From an uncultured Microbacteriaceae bacterium (lineage in GTDB: Bacteria > Actinomycetota > Actinomycetes > Actinomycetales > Microbacteriaceae): 64,000 nucleotides of DNA. The stretch lies in assembly GCA_964540305.1 (NCBI GenBank), contig CAZILZ010000002.1, positions 28,330 through 92,329 of the forward strand, read 5' to 3'. Under the pieces are notes generated by a model, which saw only the letters and a program-made list of their open reading frames with translations, was not told the DNA's origin and searched no databases. Position 1 is the first letter of the stretch, and each line of letters starts with the position of its first letter. This document shows positions 54,401 to 63,754 of this stretch, in pieces. The translations under genes were made by a program, and so were the position numbers.

Positions 54401-57400
54401 GCTCCTGTCGCGCACGGCGGCTGACGACATCCTCATCCTCGACACGCCCCTGACGGTCGAGATCACGAAGACCTGGGTCGACGGCCCGCTCGGCACGCCG
54501 CCCGCGGGCACTCCGCAGGCGCTCTACCCGCGAGCGCGCATGACCGTTCTGGCCACCAACGAGTCGGTCTCGCGCGTCGATGAGCTCGCGATCGTCGACC
54601 CGGTCGCCGGTACCGACCCCTTCGACGCCGTCAACCTCTTCGACATCGTCTCGATCACCGTGCCCGCGGGCGCGACGGCGAGCCAGGTGCTGCTCACCCG
54701 CGACGGCGGAGCCGTCGACGCGATCACGATCTCCGCCGCGCTCGCCCTGACGACCGCGCAGCTGGCCGACGTGGTCGGCTTCGAGGTCGTGCACACGGGC
54801 CGCATCGACGTGCAGGCGAGCACGCGCGTCGTCGTCGACACGCAGCTGCGCGCCGAGCTGCGCAGCGCACCCGGCACGACCGTCGACTCGACGAGCAGCC
54901 CCGTGGTCGACAACACGGCCGAGGCGCGTATCGTCGACCCGGGCGGCGTCACGCTGCCGCCCGAGGGCGAGAGCGCCATCACGCTCACGGCGCAAGACTC
55001 GGCCGCCGTGTCGGTCGTCGACTACACCTACGGCGTCACCGCGACCAAGGGCATCGTGGCCGACACGACGGCGACGCCCGCGACCCCCGCGACCCAGATC
55101 GAGGGCAACTCGCGCGTCGCGACGGTCACGCTCACCGGCCAGCCTTCGGGCACCGTGCGCACGACCGACATGCGGTTCGTCGACATCAGCCCGACGTTCT
55201 GGAACGCCTACTCGTTCACCGGGTTCGGCTCGCACTCGTTCGCGACGCCCATCAACCGGGTCAAGGTCGACGTGCTCGTCGGCGTCGACTACGTCATCGA
55301 CAGCGGCACCGGTGCGATCACGGTCGAGTGCGCCGGCAGCACCGACCTCGACGCCTGCTGGGTCGAGGGCGCGTACTCGGCCTCGCTCGCGCTGCCGACA
55401 CTGCCGCCCGGGGCGACGGTGGCCGACATCCGGGGCCTGCGCGCCCAGTACACGCGCGCCGACGGAACCTCGTGGGAGCGCCCGTTCAACCCCAGCCAGA
55501 CCCTGCGGTTCACGGCGACGCGGCGCGACGTGCTCGTCGCCCCCGTCGGCGAGCCCGTGCCGTCGACGCTCTACGTCTACACCGAGCCCGCACCGGGCGA
55601 GGCGACGGTCGGCGTGTTCACGAACGACCTCACGGTCACGTCGTGGGCCGACAACGGGGTGGATGCTCCGCTCTGGCAGGCCACCGATGACGACACGAAG
55701 CGCCTGCTGTTCCAGCACCGCCCGGCCAAGGTCGAGATCGTGAAGTCGCCGGTCGGCTCGAACACGCTCGGCGTCGCGATCCCCTACGAGATCGACGTCA
55801 CGAACCGAGGTACGGGGCTCGACAAGCAGCTCACGGGCCTCGAGATCGTCGACCTCATCCCCGTGGATTCTTCTGGCCCGCAGCTCGTCATGGGCATCGA
55901 CCCCGAGACGGGTCTCGACCTCGACCCGCAAGACGTGTTCGTGATCACGGTACTCGACGAGGCGAACGCCCCCGTGACCGCGCCGAGCTTCACGGCCGTG
56001 CTCGGCACCGCCGAGGTGACCGGGCAGCCGCTCACGATCACGATCGACCCGGCCTTCGTGCTCGAGCACGACTGGACGATGACGATCAGCGCGCCGCTCG
56101 AGTTCCGCCCGTTCTTCGAGGCGGGCAGCGCCACGGAGAACTTCGTGCTCAACACGGCGACCGTGACCTCCGACCAGCCGTTCGACGAGTGCACGCCCGC
56201 GATCGACGGCGCCCTGCAGCCGACCATCGTCGAGGTGACGTCGTGCACCGCCGAGACGCGCGTGTGGGCCCTGCCGAGCGCCCCCATGACGATCATCAAG
56301 GGCGTGAAGGGCGTCGAAGCGGGCCCGCTCGACCTCGACGGCGCGCCGCTCATCGACCCGGCCACGGGGTCGCCGTACGACGACCTCGGCGTCATCAAGA
56401 CGGTGGCGAGCAACCCGGCGACGTGCGAGGAGCCCCTGCTCGCGGTCGATGGCGAGCTGTACTACCGCTACCCCTGCGTGCCCATCACCCGCCCGGGCGG
56501 CACGGAGGAGTGGGTCGGCTACTTCTTCAACTCGGGCAACGTGCGCGTGCACCAGATCTCGTCCATCGATGTGCTGCCGCGTGAGAACGACCGCGGGGTC
56601 ATCATCAACGACGCCCGCAGCTCGCGGTGGGCGCCCATCCTGCTCGAGCGCCCGCGACTCGTGGGCTGGCCCGACGAGGCCCTGACGGTGTACTACACCG
56701 CTCGCCTCGACATGGCCACGCCGACGTGCAACGGCGCCGACATCCAGAACGATCTGGGCATGTCGCCGACGAGCTCGCCGCCCATGGTCACCTCATACTG
56801 GCCGTGCGTGACAAGCAGCGCGCCCGGCGGTCTGCTCGACCGCCAGAACGCGACCACGGGGTGGCAGGTCATGCCCGCTGTGCCGTCGACGGCGCTGCTC
56901 GAGAGCGTCGTGGCGATGAAGTTCGTCATCGACTTCAAAGTGGGCGGCGTCTCGCCCGTCGGCCTCGCTCCCGGCGAATCGGTCTCGGTCGCGTACCGCA
57001 CGCGCACGGCCCTCGAGCCCGCGCTGCGCGAGACCGACGCCAACCTCGCTCGCGACTCGATCGCCTACAACTCGATCGCCGGCGCGGCGCGCGGCTTCGA
57101 CGGCGTCAACGATCTGCCGTACCGCTTCGTCACCGAGCCCCGCAAGGTCGGCATCGCACTGGCCACCGGTGCCGTCGACCTCGCCAAGGTCGTCGACGGG
57201 GCGGGGGAGCGCTTCGCGCCCAGCACCGTGCGCATCGCGCTCGCCTGCACGCTCGACATCGACGGCACCGGCACCGAGCACGCTCCCGAGCCGATCGAGC
57301 TGCGCTCGAGCACGGGCGCCGACCGCTCGCCGTTCACGCTCACCGGCGATGCCGCGGCGACGCGCATCCTGGGCATTCCGCTGTACGCCGTGTGCGACGT

Positions 57401-60400
57401 GAGCGAGGTCGGCACGACCGGCGCGACCGAGACCACCTACTCGCAGCAGCAGGTGGTCGCCCGCGCGCTCGGCACGAGCCCCTCGATCGTCGTCGACCCC
57501 GTACCGGCGTTCGACGAGCGCCCGGCGGTCGAGCAGAGCACCGTCACGAACACCTACGACGAGGCCTCGCTCACGATCACGAAGACCGTGAACATGAACG
57601 GCGCGGTCAACGAGGCGGGCAACCCCGTCATGCAGTCGAGCTTCTCGTTCAGCATCGCGTGCACGTTCGACAACGGCGCCGGCCCCGTCGCTCTCACGAT
57701 GACGCCGGCGACGTTCACGCTCAACAACGGCGGATCGCGCACCTACACCGACCTGCCCGCCGGAGCCGTGTGCACCGTCACCGAGACGCAGACGCGCAGT
57801 GCGACCGTCACGAAGACCGTCACGATCGGCGACGTCGCTGGATCGTCGACGAGCGGCGCGACGGCCGCGGGCATCGTGCTCGCGCCCGACACCGAGCTCG
57901 GCGCACCCACCAACTCGGTCGCCTACACGAACTCGATCGCGGTCGGCTCGCTCACCGTGACGAAGGCCGTCACGGGTGCCGGAGCATCCGAGTACGGAGA
58001 CGGCGCCTTCACCGTGCGCGTCAGCTGCACGCGCACCTCGGCGGCGGCGACGCCCGTGACCGCGGGCGCCCCGGCCAACTCGGTCTACTACGGCCTGCTG
58101 ACCTTCAGCGCGTCGACCGTGCTGTCGCGCACGATCGACAACCTGCCCGCGGGGTCGTCGTGCGCCATCACCGAGACCGTGAGCGCCGGCGCCACGCAGG
58201 TGACCAACCCGAGCAACGTGACGATCGTCGGCGGCTCGACCGTGTCGCGCACCGTGACCAACCGCTTCGACCTCGCGTCGATCACGGTGGGCAAGACGGT
58301 GCAGACGAGCGCGGTCGACGCCGAGGGCGCGCCGGTCTACCCGGCCGACCCCTTCGCGTACTCCGTCGCCTGCACCTTCCAGAGCGAGACCGTGCTCGCC
58401 ACCGGCTTCGCCGCCTCGCCCATGACGTTCACGCTGCGGCACGGTGAGACGCGCACGCTCGCGGGGCTGCCCGCCGGCGCCGCGTGCACCGTGACCGAGA
58501 CCGACGATCAGAACGCCGACTCGACCTCGGTGCTGCGCACCGTCAACGGCACGGCCACGTCGATCGACGGCACGACCGCGACGATCGCCTCGCTCGCGGC
58601 CGACGCGACGAGCCCGGTGACGCGCAACACGACGCAGTTCACGAACCGCTACGGCGTCTCGAGCTTCACGATCAGCAAAGACGTCATCGGCGGAGGTGTC
58701 GGCCAGTTCGCGCCCGACTCGTTCACGGCAGCCGTGTACTGCGAGACGGCCGACGGCCTCGTCTCGTTCGACGGCGATGTCACCGTGCCGGCCGATGGCG
58801 TGACGACGATCGAGAACCTCGCCGATGGATCGACCTGCACCGTGTTCGAGCGCGACGTCGAGCTGACGGGCGCCGACGCGCACCGCATCGTCGACGACGA
58901 GGGCACGGTCATCGACGGTGCCGACATCGTCATCACGGCCGCCGAACCGGGCCGCGTCACGTTCGAGAACTACTACCTCACGGGCGAGCTCGAGGTCTCG
59001 AAGACGGTCGTCGGGGCGGGCGCGGGCTTCGGCTCCGGGCCCTTCGAGGTGACCCTCGTCTGCGAGCGCGACGGCATCGACGTCGACATCGTCGGCGGCG
59101 CGACCCGCTCGCTCTCCGCCGGAGGCACCGCGAGCTACACGCTGCTGCCCTCGGGCGCCGAGTGCACGCTCACCGAGACCGGCCCGGCCGGTGCCACGTC
59201 GAGCCGCCTGCTCGACGCCGCCGGCGCCGAGCTGACCGACGACGTCGCGGCCGGCACGACGTTCACCGTCGTCGTCGACGAGACGGTGCTGCTCGACGAC
59301 CAGGCGCAGCCGGCGCTCGAGGTCGAGAACACGTTCGAGCTGGCCTCCCTCACCGTCACCAAGACGGTCGAGAGCGACGCCGTCGACGAGACCGGCACGG
59401 CCATCGCCTTCGGCCCCTTCCCCGTCGCGATCGACTGCCTGTTCGAGGGCGCGACCGTCTACGGCACGGGCTACGACGCCGAATCGCCGATGGTCGACAG
59501 CCTCGCCGACGGCGCGAGCTGGACCATCGAGGGGCTTCCGCACGGCGCCGTCTGCACGGTCACCGAGACCGACACGATGGATGCCGCGAGCACCGGTCTG
59601 GTCGTCATCGTCGACGGATCGGACCCCGATGCGGTGGAGGGCGCGACGGTCGACGTGACCCTCGGCACCGCGAGCTCGGTGGCCATCACGAACGCGTACT
59701 CGGTCGGCTCGCTGACCCTCACCAAGGCGGTCACCGGTGTGGGCGCCGAGGCGTGGGCGGATGCCTCGTACCAGCTCGACGTGAGCTGCGTGCTCGACGA
59801 CGCGAGCGGGGAGCGCACCGTCTACACCGGCGCGTTCACGGTCGTGCGCGGCGACGACCCGATCGTGATCGACGACCTCGCCCTCGGCGCGCTGTGCACG
59901 ATCACCGAGTCGAAGACCGGCGGAGCATCCGCCACCTCGATCGTCGTCGACGACGGCGAGCCGTTCGCGGGCCTCACGGCCGGAGTGGTCATCAGCGAGG
60001 TCGACCACGCCGTGACGGTGACGAACCGGTTCGACCTCGGCGAGGTCTCGGTGATCAAGGAGCGCGACGGAACGGGGTGGGAGACCTGGGGCGCTGGGCC
60101 GTTCACGGTCGAGCTGTCGTGCACGCGCGACATCGACGGCGTCGAGCAGACGATCGCGGTTCCGGGCGGAGCCTCGCGCGAGCTGAGCTCCGACACCCTG
60201 TACCGCGCGACCTGGTCGGGCCTGCCGCACGGCGCCGAGTGCCAGGCTGACGAGACGCGCAGCGCCGGTGCGACCTCGAGCTCGATCGACCTCGAGAGCG
60301 TGACCGTGGGCGACGCGCCCGTCGGCTTCGTCATCACCAACACCTTCGAGGTCGGCGGCGTCACGGTCGAGAAGACCTTCGAGGGCGACGGCACGGGCCT

Positions 60401-61166
60401 GTACGTGCGCGGGCCTTTCGAGGCGACGCTCGCCTGCACGCTCGAGATCGACGGGGTCGTCACCGACCTCGAGATCCCGGGCGGGGCGACGCGCGAGCTC
60501 ACGATCGAGAACGGCTACCGCAACGCGTGGGACCAGATCCCCGCCGGCGCCGACTGCACCGTGACCGAGTCGCGCACGGGCGGCGCGACGCGCACCGACA
60601 CGACCGACGGCGAGTTCACGGTCGTCGCCGACGAGGATCACGCGGTCAGCATCCAGAACACCTTCCTGCTCGCCGCGTTCTCGATCACGAAAGAGCTCGC
60701 TGGTCCGTTCGCCTTCGAGGCTCGCGACTCGGTGTTCCTCATCGAGACCTCGTGCACGTGGGAGCGCGACGGCGAGCTCGTGCCGATGCTGCCGACCAGC
60801 TGGCCGAGCGAGGGCGGCGCTCCCGTCGACCCCGAGGCGCCCGAGGCGGCGACGAGCGTGCGCTCCGAGATCTCCGACGGCGTGACGGTGACGTTCGAGA
60901 ACCTGCCGGCCAGCTCGGTCTGCTCGATCTCGGAGGTCGACAGCGGCGGCGCTACGGCGCAGCTCGTCTGGCTCGGCGGCGTGCTGCAGCTCGGCGATCT
61001 GACCCTCGAGGGCGGGCTCACCGATGCCACGCTGTCGAACGTGTTCATGATCACGCTCGCCGAGACCGGCGTCGAGATCATGCTCTGGCTGTGGGTCATC
61101 GCCGCGCTGCTGTTCGGCGGCGTCGTGCTGCTGGCGATCGCGCGCCGACGGGCCGCGGCCGCGTAG
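51456..61166 (+). CDS. Giant (3236 aa) sortase-anchored cell-surface protein
   Basis: Signal peptide (…VALVTLFAPFVAFQPAVAAEG). DUF11-like conserved-repeat segments (VPGGTVTYQFTI, IPYEIDVTNRG). About 11 C-terminal tandem Ig-like domains. LAETG (61056-61070) followed by a hydrophobic helix and an RRRAAAA tail. Confidence 0.88.
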   Translation: MAFITTRRRARRVMPGIAVVALVTLFAPFVAFQPAVAAEGDPDEPVYVQFEKEAIPAAADSAVVPGGTVTYQFTINCSSLETDCLDLTLDDLVPEPLELQTVTTAQSIPPIEVDITGNAFTVRVTDDLGGGRVGLQAGTGIQINATATVPSDLSADFDGAVLPNTATVTVTNRADLTLDPPRPNVIESSAEVLLAVDLTLASQVTKTVTPASATAVLGTPVAIALGATNSSNGSVDSLVIQEPADTASTVLDLLQPASLSGLVLPSGADRVRVDWFDGSSWITGTAAATASLPSGAAPADIRALRFVFTSSTGGRIAVGATAAITLDAELTAAAAAVVEPTTIVNTASSWVTFAADSTPAVQATDSIVIGPPSISPVATKQFDVASIIGGEQVLATLGGSNGGDFGLRELTLTEPAPGSTSLADQGLTFDGWVQADIEWPIGATSVEVSYRYDGDLDYSAPLVSTTPGALPDPVDAAAVTDIRVRFLSTLPQGMAPGQYALLPFLALTDAVVSDITTVNTVRVDVVTLADETASAEASDDLTRRTARVNTAISKTALPDELYSIAGATTLISIPARITPLPTAAVDPTASTVGSTSLVITDPLDASADEFWNWFDLTAIVATAVPGNTLLSVEYFDGTDWLALPGATDIAGPAFLSTTIDPALRPSIEGVRFTYRHADYDTLGTLLNPGFSAQPNLSVSLRDQLRDGTGEAASSTRLEAVVIDNAAQSRVANPTADPSEATADTVEMITLLPTATEDGDGFGNVVAIDKNWLPVASTGTQAVNARSADEATVEISWGTGSAAFDSVVISDSASDPAVTPVADTVFEAFDLVRIPAITPAMDPLLTYDRIAAVELYLPGLGWTPASGNPCAGTACDGTFPGYTLTAGESANATGVRLIVDESPTRSARVGTNPIAPPVGTGVAPSMSLSRELRLVFEVRDVRRSDPATAVLGATRLAEYNIPGQVGQVLNTALLQGRDATDAVLLSRTAADDILILDTPLTVEITKTWVDGPLGTPPAGTPQALYPRARMTVLATNESVSRVDELAIVDPVAGTDPFDAVNLFDIVSITVPAGATASQVLLTRDGGAVDAITISAALALTTAQLADVVGFEVVHTGRIDVQASTRVVVDTQLRAELRSAPGTTVDSTSSPVVDNTAEARIVDPGGVTLPPEGESAITLTAQDSAAVSVVDYTYGVTATKGIVADTTATPATPATQIEGNSRVATVTLTGQPSGTVRTTDMRFVDISPTFWNAYSFTGFGSHSFATPINRVKVDVLVGVDYVIDSGTGAITVECAGSTDLDACWVEGAYSASLALPTLPPGATVADIRGLRAQYTRADGTSWERPFNPSQTLRFTATRRDVLVAPVGEPVPSTLYVYTEPAPGEATVGVFTNDLTVTSWADNGVDAPLWQATDDDTKRLLFQHRPAKVEIVKSPVGSNTLGVAIPYEIDVTNRGTGLDKQLTGLEIVDLIPVDSSGPQLVMGIDPETGLDLDPQDVFVITVLDEANAPVTAPSFTAVLGTAEVTGQPLTITIDPAFVLEHDWTMTISAPLEFRPFFEAGSATENFVLNTATVTSDQPFDECTPAIDGALQPTIVEVTSCTAETRVWALPSAPMTIIKGVKGVEAGPLDLDGAPLIDPATGSPYDDLGVIKTVASNPATCEEPLLAVDGELYYRYPCVPITRPGGTEEWVGYFFNSGNVRVHQISSIDVLPRENDRGVIINDARSSRWAPILLERPRLVGWPDEALTVYYTARLDMATPTCNGADIQNDLGMSPTSSPPMVTSYWPCVTSSAPGGLLDRQNATTGWQVMPAVPSTALLESVVAMKFVIDFKVGGVSPVGLAPGESVSVAYRTRTALEPALRETDANLARDSIAYNSIAGAARGFDGVNDLPYRFVTEPRKVGIALATGAVDLAKVVDGAGERFAPSTVRIALACTLDIDGTGTEHAPEPIELRSSTGADRSPFTLTGDAAATRILGIPLYAVCDVSEVGTTGATETTYSQQQVVARALGTSPSIVVDPVPAFDERPAVEQSTVTNTYDEASLTITKTVNMNGAVNEAGNPVMQSSFSFSIACTFDNGAGPVALTMTPATFTLNNGGSRTYTDLPAGAVCTVTETQTRSATVTKTVTIGDVAGSSTSGATAAGIVLAPDTELGAPTNSVAYTNSIAVGSLTVTKAVTGAGASEYGDGAFTVRVSCTRTSAAATPVTAGAPANSVYYGLLTFSASTVLSRTIDNLPAGSSCAITETVSAGATQVTNPSNVTIVGGSTVSRTVTNRFDLASITVGKTVQTSAVDAEGAPVYPADPFAYSVACTFQSETVLATGFAASPMTFTLRHGETRTLAGLPAGAACTVTETDDQNADSTSVLRTVNGTATSIDGTTATIASLAADATSPVTRNTTQFTNRYGVSSFTISKDVIGGGVGQFAPDSFTAAVYCETADGLVSFDGDVTVPADGVTTIENLADGSTCTVFERDVELTGADAHRIVDDEGTVIDGADIVITAAEPGRVTFENYYLTGELEVSKTVVGAGAGFGSGPFEVTLVCERDGIDVDIVGGATRSLSAGGTASYTLLPSGAECTLTETGPAGATSSRLLDAAGAELTDDVAAGTTFTVVVDETVLLDDQAQPALEVENTFELASLTVTKTVESDAVDETGTAIAFGPFPVAIDCLFEGATVYGTGYDAESPMVDSLADGASWTIEGLPHGAVCTVTETDTMDAASTGLVVIVDGSDPDAVEGATVDVTLGTASSVAITNAYSVGSLTLTKAVTGVGAEAWADASYQLDVSCVLDDASGERTVYTGAFTVVRGDDPIVIDDLALGALCTITESKTGGASATSIVVDDGEPFAGLTAGVVISEVDHAVTVTNRFDLGEVSVIKERDGTGWETWGAGPFTVELSCTRDIDGVEQTIAVPGGASRELSSDTLYRATWSGLPHGAECQADETRSAGATSSSIDLESVTVGDAPVGFVITNTFEVGGVTVEKTFEGDGTGLYVRGPFEATLACTLEIDGVVTDLEIPGGATRELTIENGYRNAWDQIPAGADCTVTESRTGGATRTDTTDGEFTVVADEDHAVSIQNTFLLAAFSITKELAGPFAFEARDSVFLIETSCTWERDGELVPMLPTSWPSEGGAPVDPEAPEAATSVRSEISDGVTVTFENLPASSVCSISEVDSGGATAQLVWLGGVLQLGDLTLEGGLTDATLSNVFMITLAETGVEIMLWLWVIAALLFGGVVLLAIARRRAAAA
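57139..61055 (+). repeat. Array of about 11 tandem 105-135-aa two-cysteine domains (DUF5979/CnaB-like) within the giant gene
   Basis: Recurrent pattern N-x-[FY]-x(3,4)-[LFV]-[ST]-[IV]-x-K ... C ... [LI]P-x-G-[AS]-x-C-x-[IV]-[ST]-E. Example: TNRFDLASITVGK...ACTF...LPAGAACTVTETD. Confidence 0.8.
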
Positions 61167-61194
61167 ACCGCCCGCCTCGGGCGCAGAAACGGCC

Positions 61195-61228
61195 GGGCCC
61201 CGGCAGAGCGGATGCTCTACCGGGGCCC
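61195..61228. terminator. Bidirectional hairpin between the giant gene and the convergent DEAD-box helicase gene
   Basis: GGGCCCCGG-c-AGAGC-ggat-GCTCT-a-CCGGGGCCC (9 + 5 bp). Confidence 0.55.
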
Positions 61229-61258
61229 GTGTGCCGTGCTCGGTGGGTGCGGCGCGGG

Positions 61259-62818
61259 TCAGCGCCCGCGGCGCTGGCCGCCCGACGAGTTGGTGCGCAC
61301 GACCTGGCCGACGCGGATGCCGCCGGCGCTCGCGCCCCCGGCCGACGATGCCCGGCGCGAGCCCTGACGCGCGCGGGGAGCCGCGGCGGGGGCATCGGTG
61401 CGCGGTGCCCCGGTACGGGGTGCCGCCGAGGCGGTGCCGGTGCTGGTGGCGCCGCTGGTCGTGGCGCCCGAGCGGCGCTGGCCGCCCTGGCCGCCACGGC
61501 CGCCGCGCGACGACTGACCGCTGCCGGCCTGGCCCTCGCGCGTGGAGCGCTTGCGCTGGGCGTTGGCGCCCTGCGAGCGTCCGCCGCCCTCGGGCTGGCG
61601 CTGGAGAACCGCGGGCAGTTCGTGCGCGGCCACGCGCGGCGCGACCTCGCCGATCAGGCGCGTGACGGCCGCCGACTCGGTCGTGACCTGCTGGGGCTGC
61701 ACGCGGATGCTGGCCTTGCGCAGCAGGTCGGCCGTGTCGCGGCGCTGCTCGGGCAGCACGAGGGTCACGACGTCGCCCGCGGCGCCGGCGCGGGCGGTAC
61801 GGCCCGAGCGGTGCAGGTACGCCTTGTGCTCCATGGGCGGGTCGACGTGGATGACGAGCTCGATGTCGTCGACGTGCACGCCGCGCGCCGCGACATCCGT
61901 CGCCACGAGCACGCGCACGCTGCCGTCGCCGAACGCGGCGAGGTTGCGGTCGCGGGCCGGCTGCGACAGGTTGCCGTGCAGGTCGACCGCGGGGATTCCC
62001 TGCTCGGTGAGCGACTTCGCGAGCTTCTTGGCGGTGTGCTTGGTGCGCATGAACAGGATGCGGCGGCCGCTTCCTGAGGCGAGCGCGGTGATCATGCGCT
62101 TCTTCTCGTCGGCGCCCGAGAGCTCGAACACGTGGTGCGTCATGTCGGCGACGGGCGAGTTCGCCTCGTCGACCGAGTGCATGACGGGGTTGTGGAGGAA
62201 CTGCTTGACGAGCTTGTCGACCCCGTTGTCGAGGGTCGCGCTGAACAGCAGGCGCTGGCCGTCGTTCGGCGTCGCCTTCATGATGCGCGTGACGCCGGGC
62301 AGGAAGCCGAGGTCGGCCATGTGGTCGGCCTCGTCGAGCACGGTGATCTCGACGGCGTCGAGCGTCACGAAGCGCTGCTGCATGAGGTCTTCGAGGCGGC
62401 CGGGGCACGCCACGATGATGTCGACGCCCGCGTTGAGCGCCTGCACCTGGCGATGCTGCGAGACGCCGCCGAAGATCGTCGTCGTCGTGAGGCCGTAGGC
62501 CTTCGCGAGCGGCTCGAGCACGGCGTTGATCTGCGTGGCGAGCTCGCGCGTCGGCGCGAGCACCATGCCGAGCGGGGCGCCCTTGCGGCGCGATCCGCCG
62601 GCGAGGCGCGTGCCGAGGCGCGCGATCATCGGGATCGAGAAGGCGAGGGTCTTGCCCGAGCCGGTCTTGCCGCGGCCGAGCACGTCGCGCCCGGCGAGGG
62701 TGTCGGGCAGGGTGTCGACCTGAATGGGGAAAGCCTCGGTCTTGCCCTGCGCGGTCAGCACCTCGACGAGCGGGTACGGAACGCCGAGGGCGCTGAAGGT
62801 GGTGTTCTGGGTGGTCAT
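61259..62818 (-). CDS. DEAD-box ATP-dependent RNA helicase with an Arg/Gly/Ser-rich C-terminal tail
   Basis: Q-motif region FPIQ, Walker A GKTGSGKT, DEAD (VLDEADHM), SAT, HRSGRTARAG. Confidence 0.88.
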   Translation of the reverse strand: MTTQNTTFSALGVPYPLVEVLTAQGKTEAFPIQVDTLPDTLAGRDVLGRGKTGSGKTLAFSIPMIARLGTRLAGGSRRKGAPLGMVLAPTRELATQINAVLEPLAKAYGLTTTTIFGGVSQHRQVQALNAGVDIIVACPGRLEDLMQQRFVTLDAVEITVLDEADHMADLGFLPGVTRIMKATPNDGQRLLFSATLDNGVDKLVKQFLHNPVMHSVDEANSPVADMTHHVFELSGADEKKRMITALASGSGRRILFMRTKHTAKKLAKSLTEQGIPAVDLHGNLSQPARDRNLAAFGDGSVRVLVATDVAARGVHVDDIELVIHVDPPMEHKAYLHRSGRTARAGAAGDVVTLVLPEQRRDTADLLRKASIRVQPQQVTTESAAVTRLIGEVAPRVAAHELPAVLQRQPEGGGRSQGANAQRKRSTREGQAGSGQSSRGGRGGQGGQRRSGATTSGATSTGTASAAPRTGAPRTDAPAAAPRARQGSRRASSAGGASAGGIRVGQVVRTNSSGGQRRGR

Positions 62819-63082
62819 GGTGGTGCCTTTCGAGCAGGGTGATCCCCCGCATCCGCGACCGATCGGTCGGGATGCTCAGCTCACGCCATGCGGGCGTGCG
62901 AACAGGAATCGAGTGGCGACGGCGGCAAGGGCCGACATCGTTCGCCGTGAGAAAGTATCGAACCGTTCCGGTGCGCGAGTCAGTGCGCGGGGGACGGGAT
63001 GAGGAAGCGTTCTACGACGCAGGAGAACTGAGAACAGTTCTGCCTATGCCTCCACCGTAGCAGGTCGCCCTGACGGCCACCC

Positions 63083-63754
63083 TCAGAGCGTCAGCCGCCC
63101 GTCGCCGTAGCGCTCGCCGACCGGGATCTCGACGTCGACGACGTTGCCCGCCGGCGCGAGCGGGCACGCCCACGCCTCGTCGTAGGCGCACGAGGGGTTG
63201 TAGGCGAAGTTGAGGTCGAGCACGAGCGACCACGGCGCGCGGCCCCCGCCGAGGTCGGCGCCCTTCACGGTGTCGAGCAGGTAGCGCCCGCCGCCGTAGG
63301 TGCCGCCGGGCACGCGCGAGAGGGCGTCGCGCACGGGCACGAAGAGCCCGCCTCCGTACGAGGCGAGCCGCCACACGTCGAGCGAGCCGACGCCGGGCAC
63401 CTCGACGAGCCCGAGCCGCTCGAAGGGTACGACCCCGTCGGTGCCGGTCTCGACCTCGATGCGCGCGGGCTCCGCATCCTGGATCACGCACTCGAAGCGC
63501 CACGCCGGGTCGTAGGGCTTCACGCGCAGGCCCGTGAAGGCTTCGCGGTCGGCGGGCAGCAGGGGCGAGGCGGGGTGGTGCGCGAAGAGCTCGTCGCGCG
63601 TGCGCCGCCAGTGGTCGTGCGCGGCGGGCAGGTCGGTCGCGGCGCGCAGCTCGGCGTAGAGCGCGGCCGTGCGCCGCCGCCAGTCGGCGACGGCGAGAGC
63701 GCTGATGGCGCGGTCTGGGGCCGAGCCGTTCGCGGCTCCGCTGTCGCCGGTCAC
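63083..63754 (-). CDS. DUF1684 domain-containing protein
   Basis: ...LDLNFAYNPSCAYDEAWACPLAPAGN... is a characteristic DUF1684 C-terminus. GTG start at 63754 overlaps the TGA of the upstream gene (GTGA). The track N-terminal extension was rejected. Confidence 0.7.
   Translation of the reverse strand: MTGDSGAANGSAPDRAISALAVADWRRRTAALYAELRAATDLPAAHDHWRRTRDELFAHHPASPLLPADREAFTGLRVKPYDPAWRFECVIQDAEPARIEVETGTDGVVPFERLGLVEVPGVGSLDVWRLASYGGGLFVPVRDALSRVPGGTYGGGRYLLDTVKGADLGGGRAPWSLVLDLNFAYNPSCAYDEAWACPLAPAGNVVDVEIPVGERYGDGRLTL

Noticed and set aside
60022-60033. Perfect 12-nt palindrome CGAACCGGTTCG
   Set aside because: It lies inside the giant gene and simply encodes the recurring T-N-R-F-D motif of the domain repeats. 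There is no evidence of a regulatory role.
51447-62852. Two huge minus-strand ORFs (1701 aa at 51447-56552 and 2019 aa at 56793-62852)
   Set aside because: Both are antisense to the giant surface-protein gene. The second also runs out of frame through the real DEAD-box helicase gene. The translations are Arg/Gly/Asp/His-rich nonsense.
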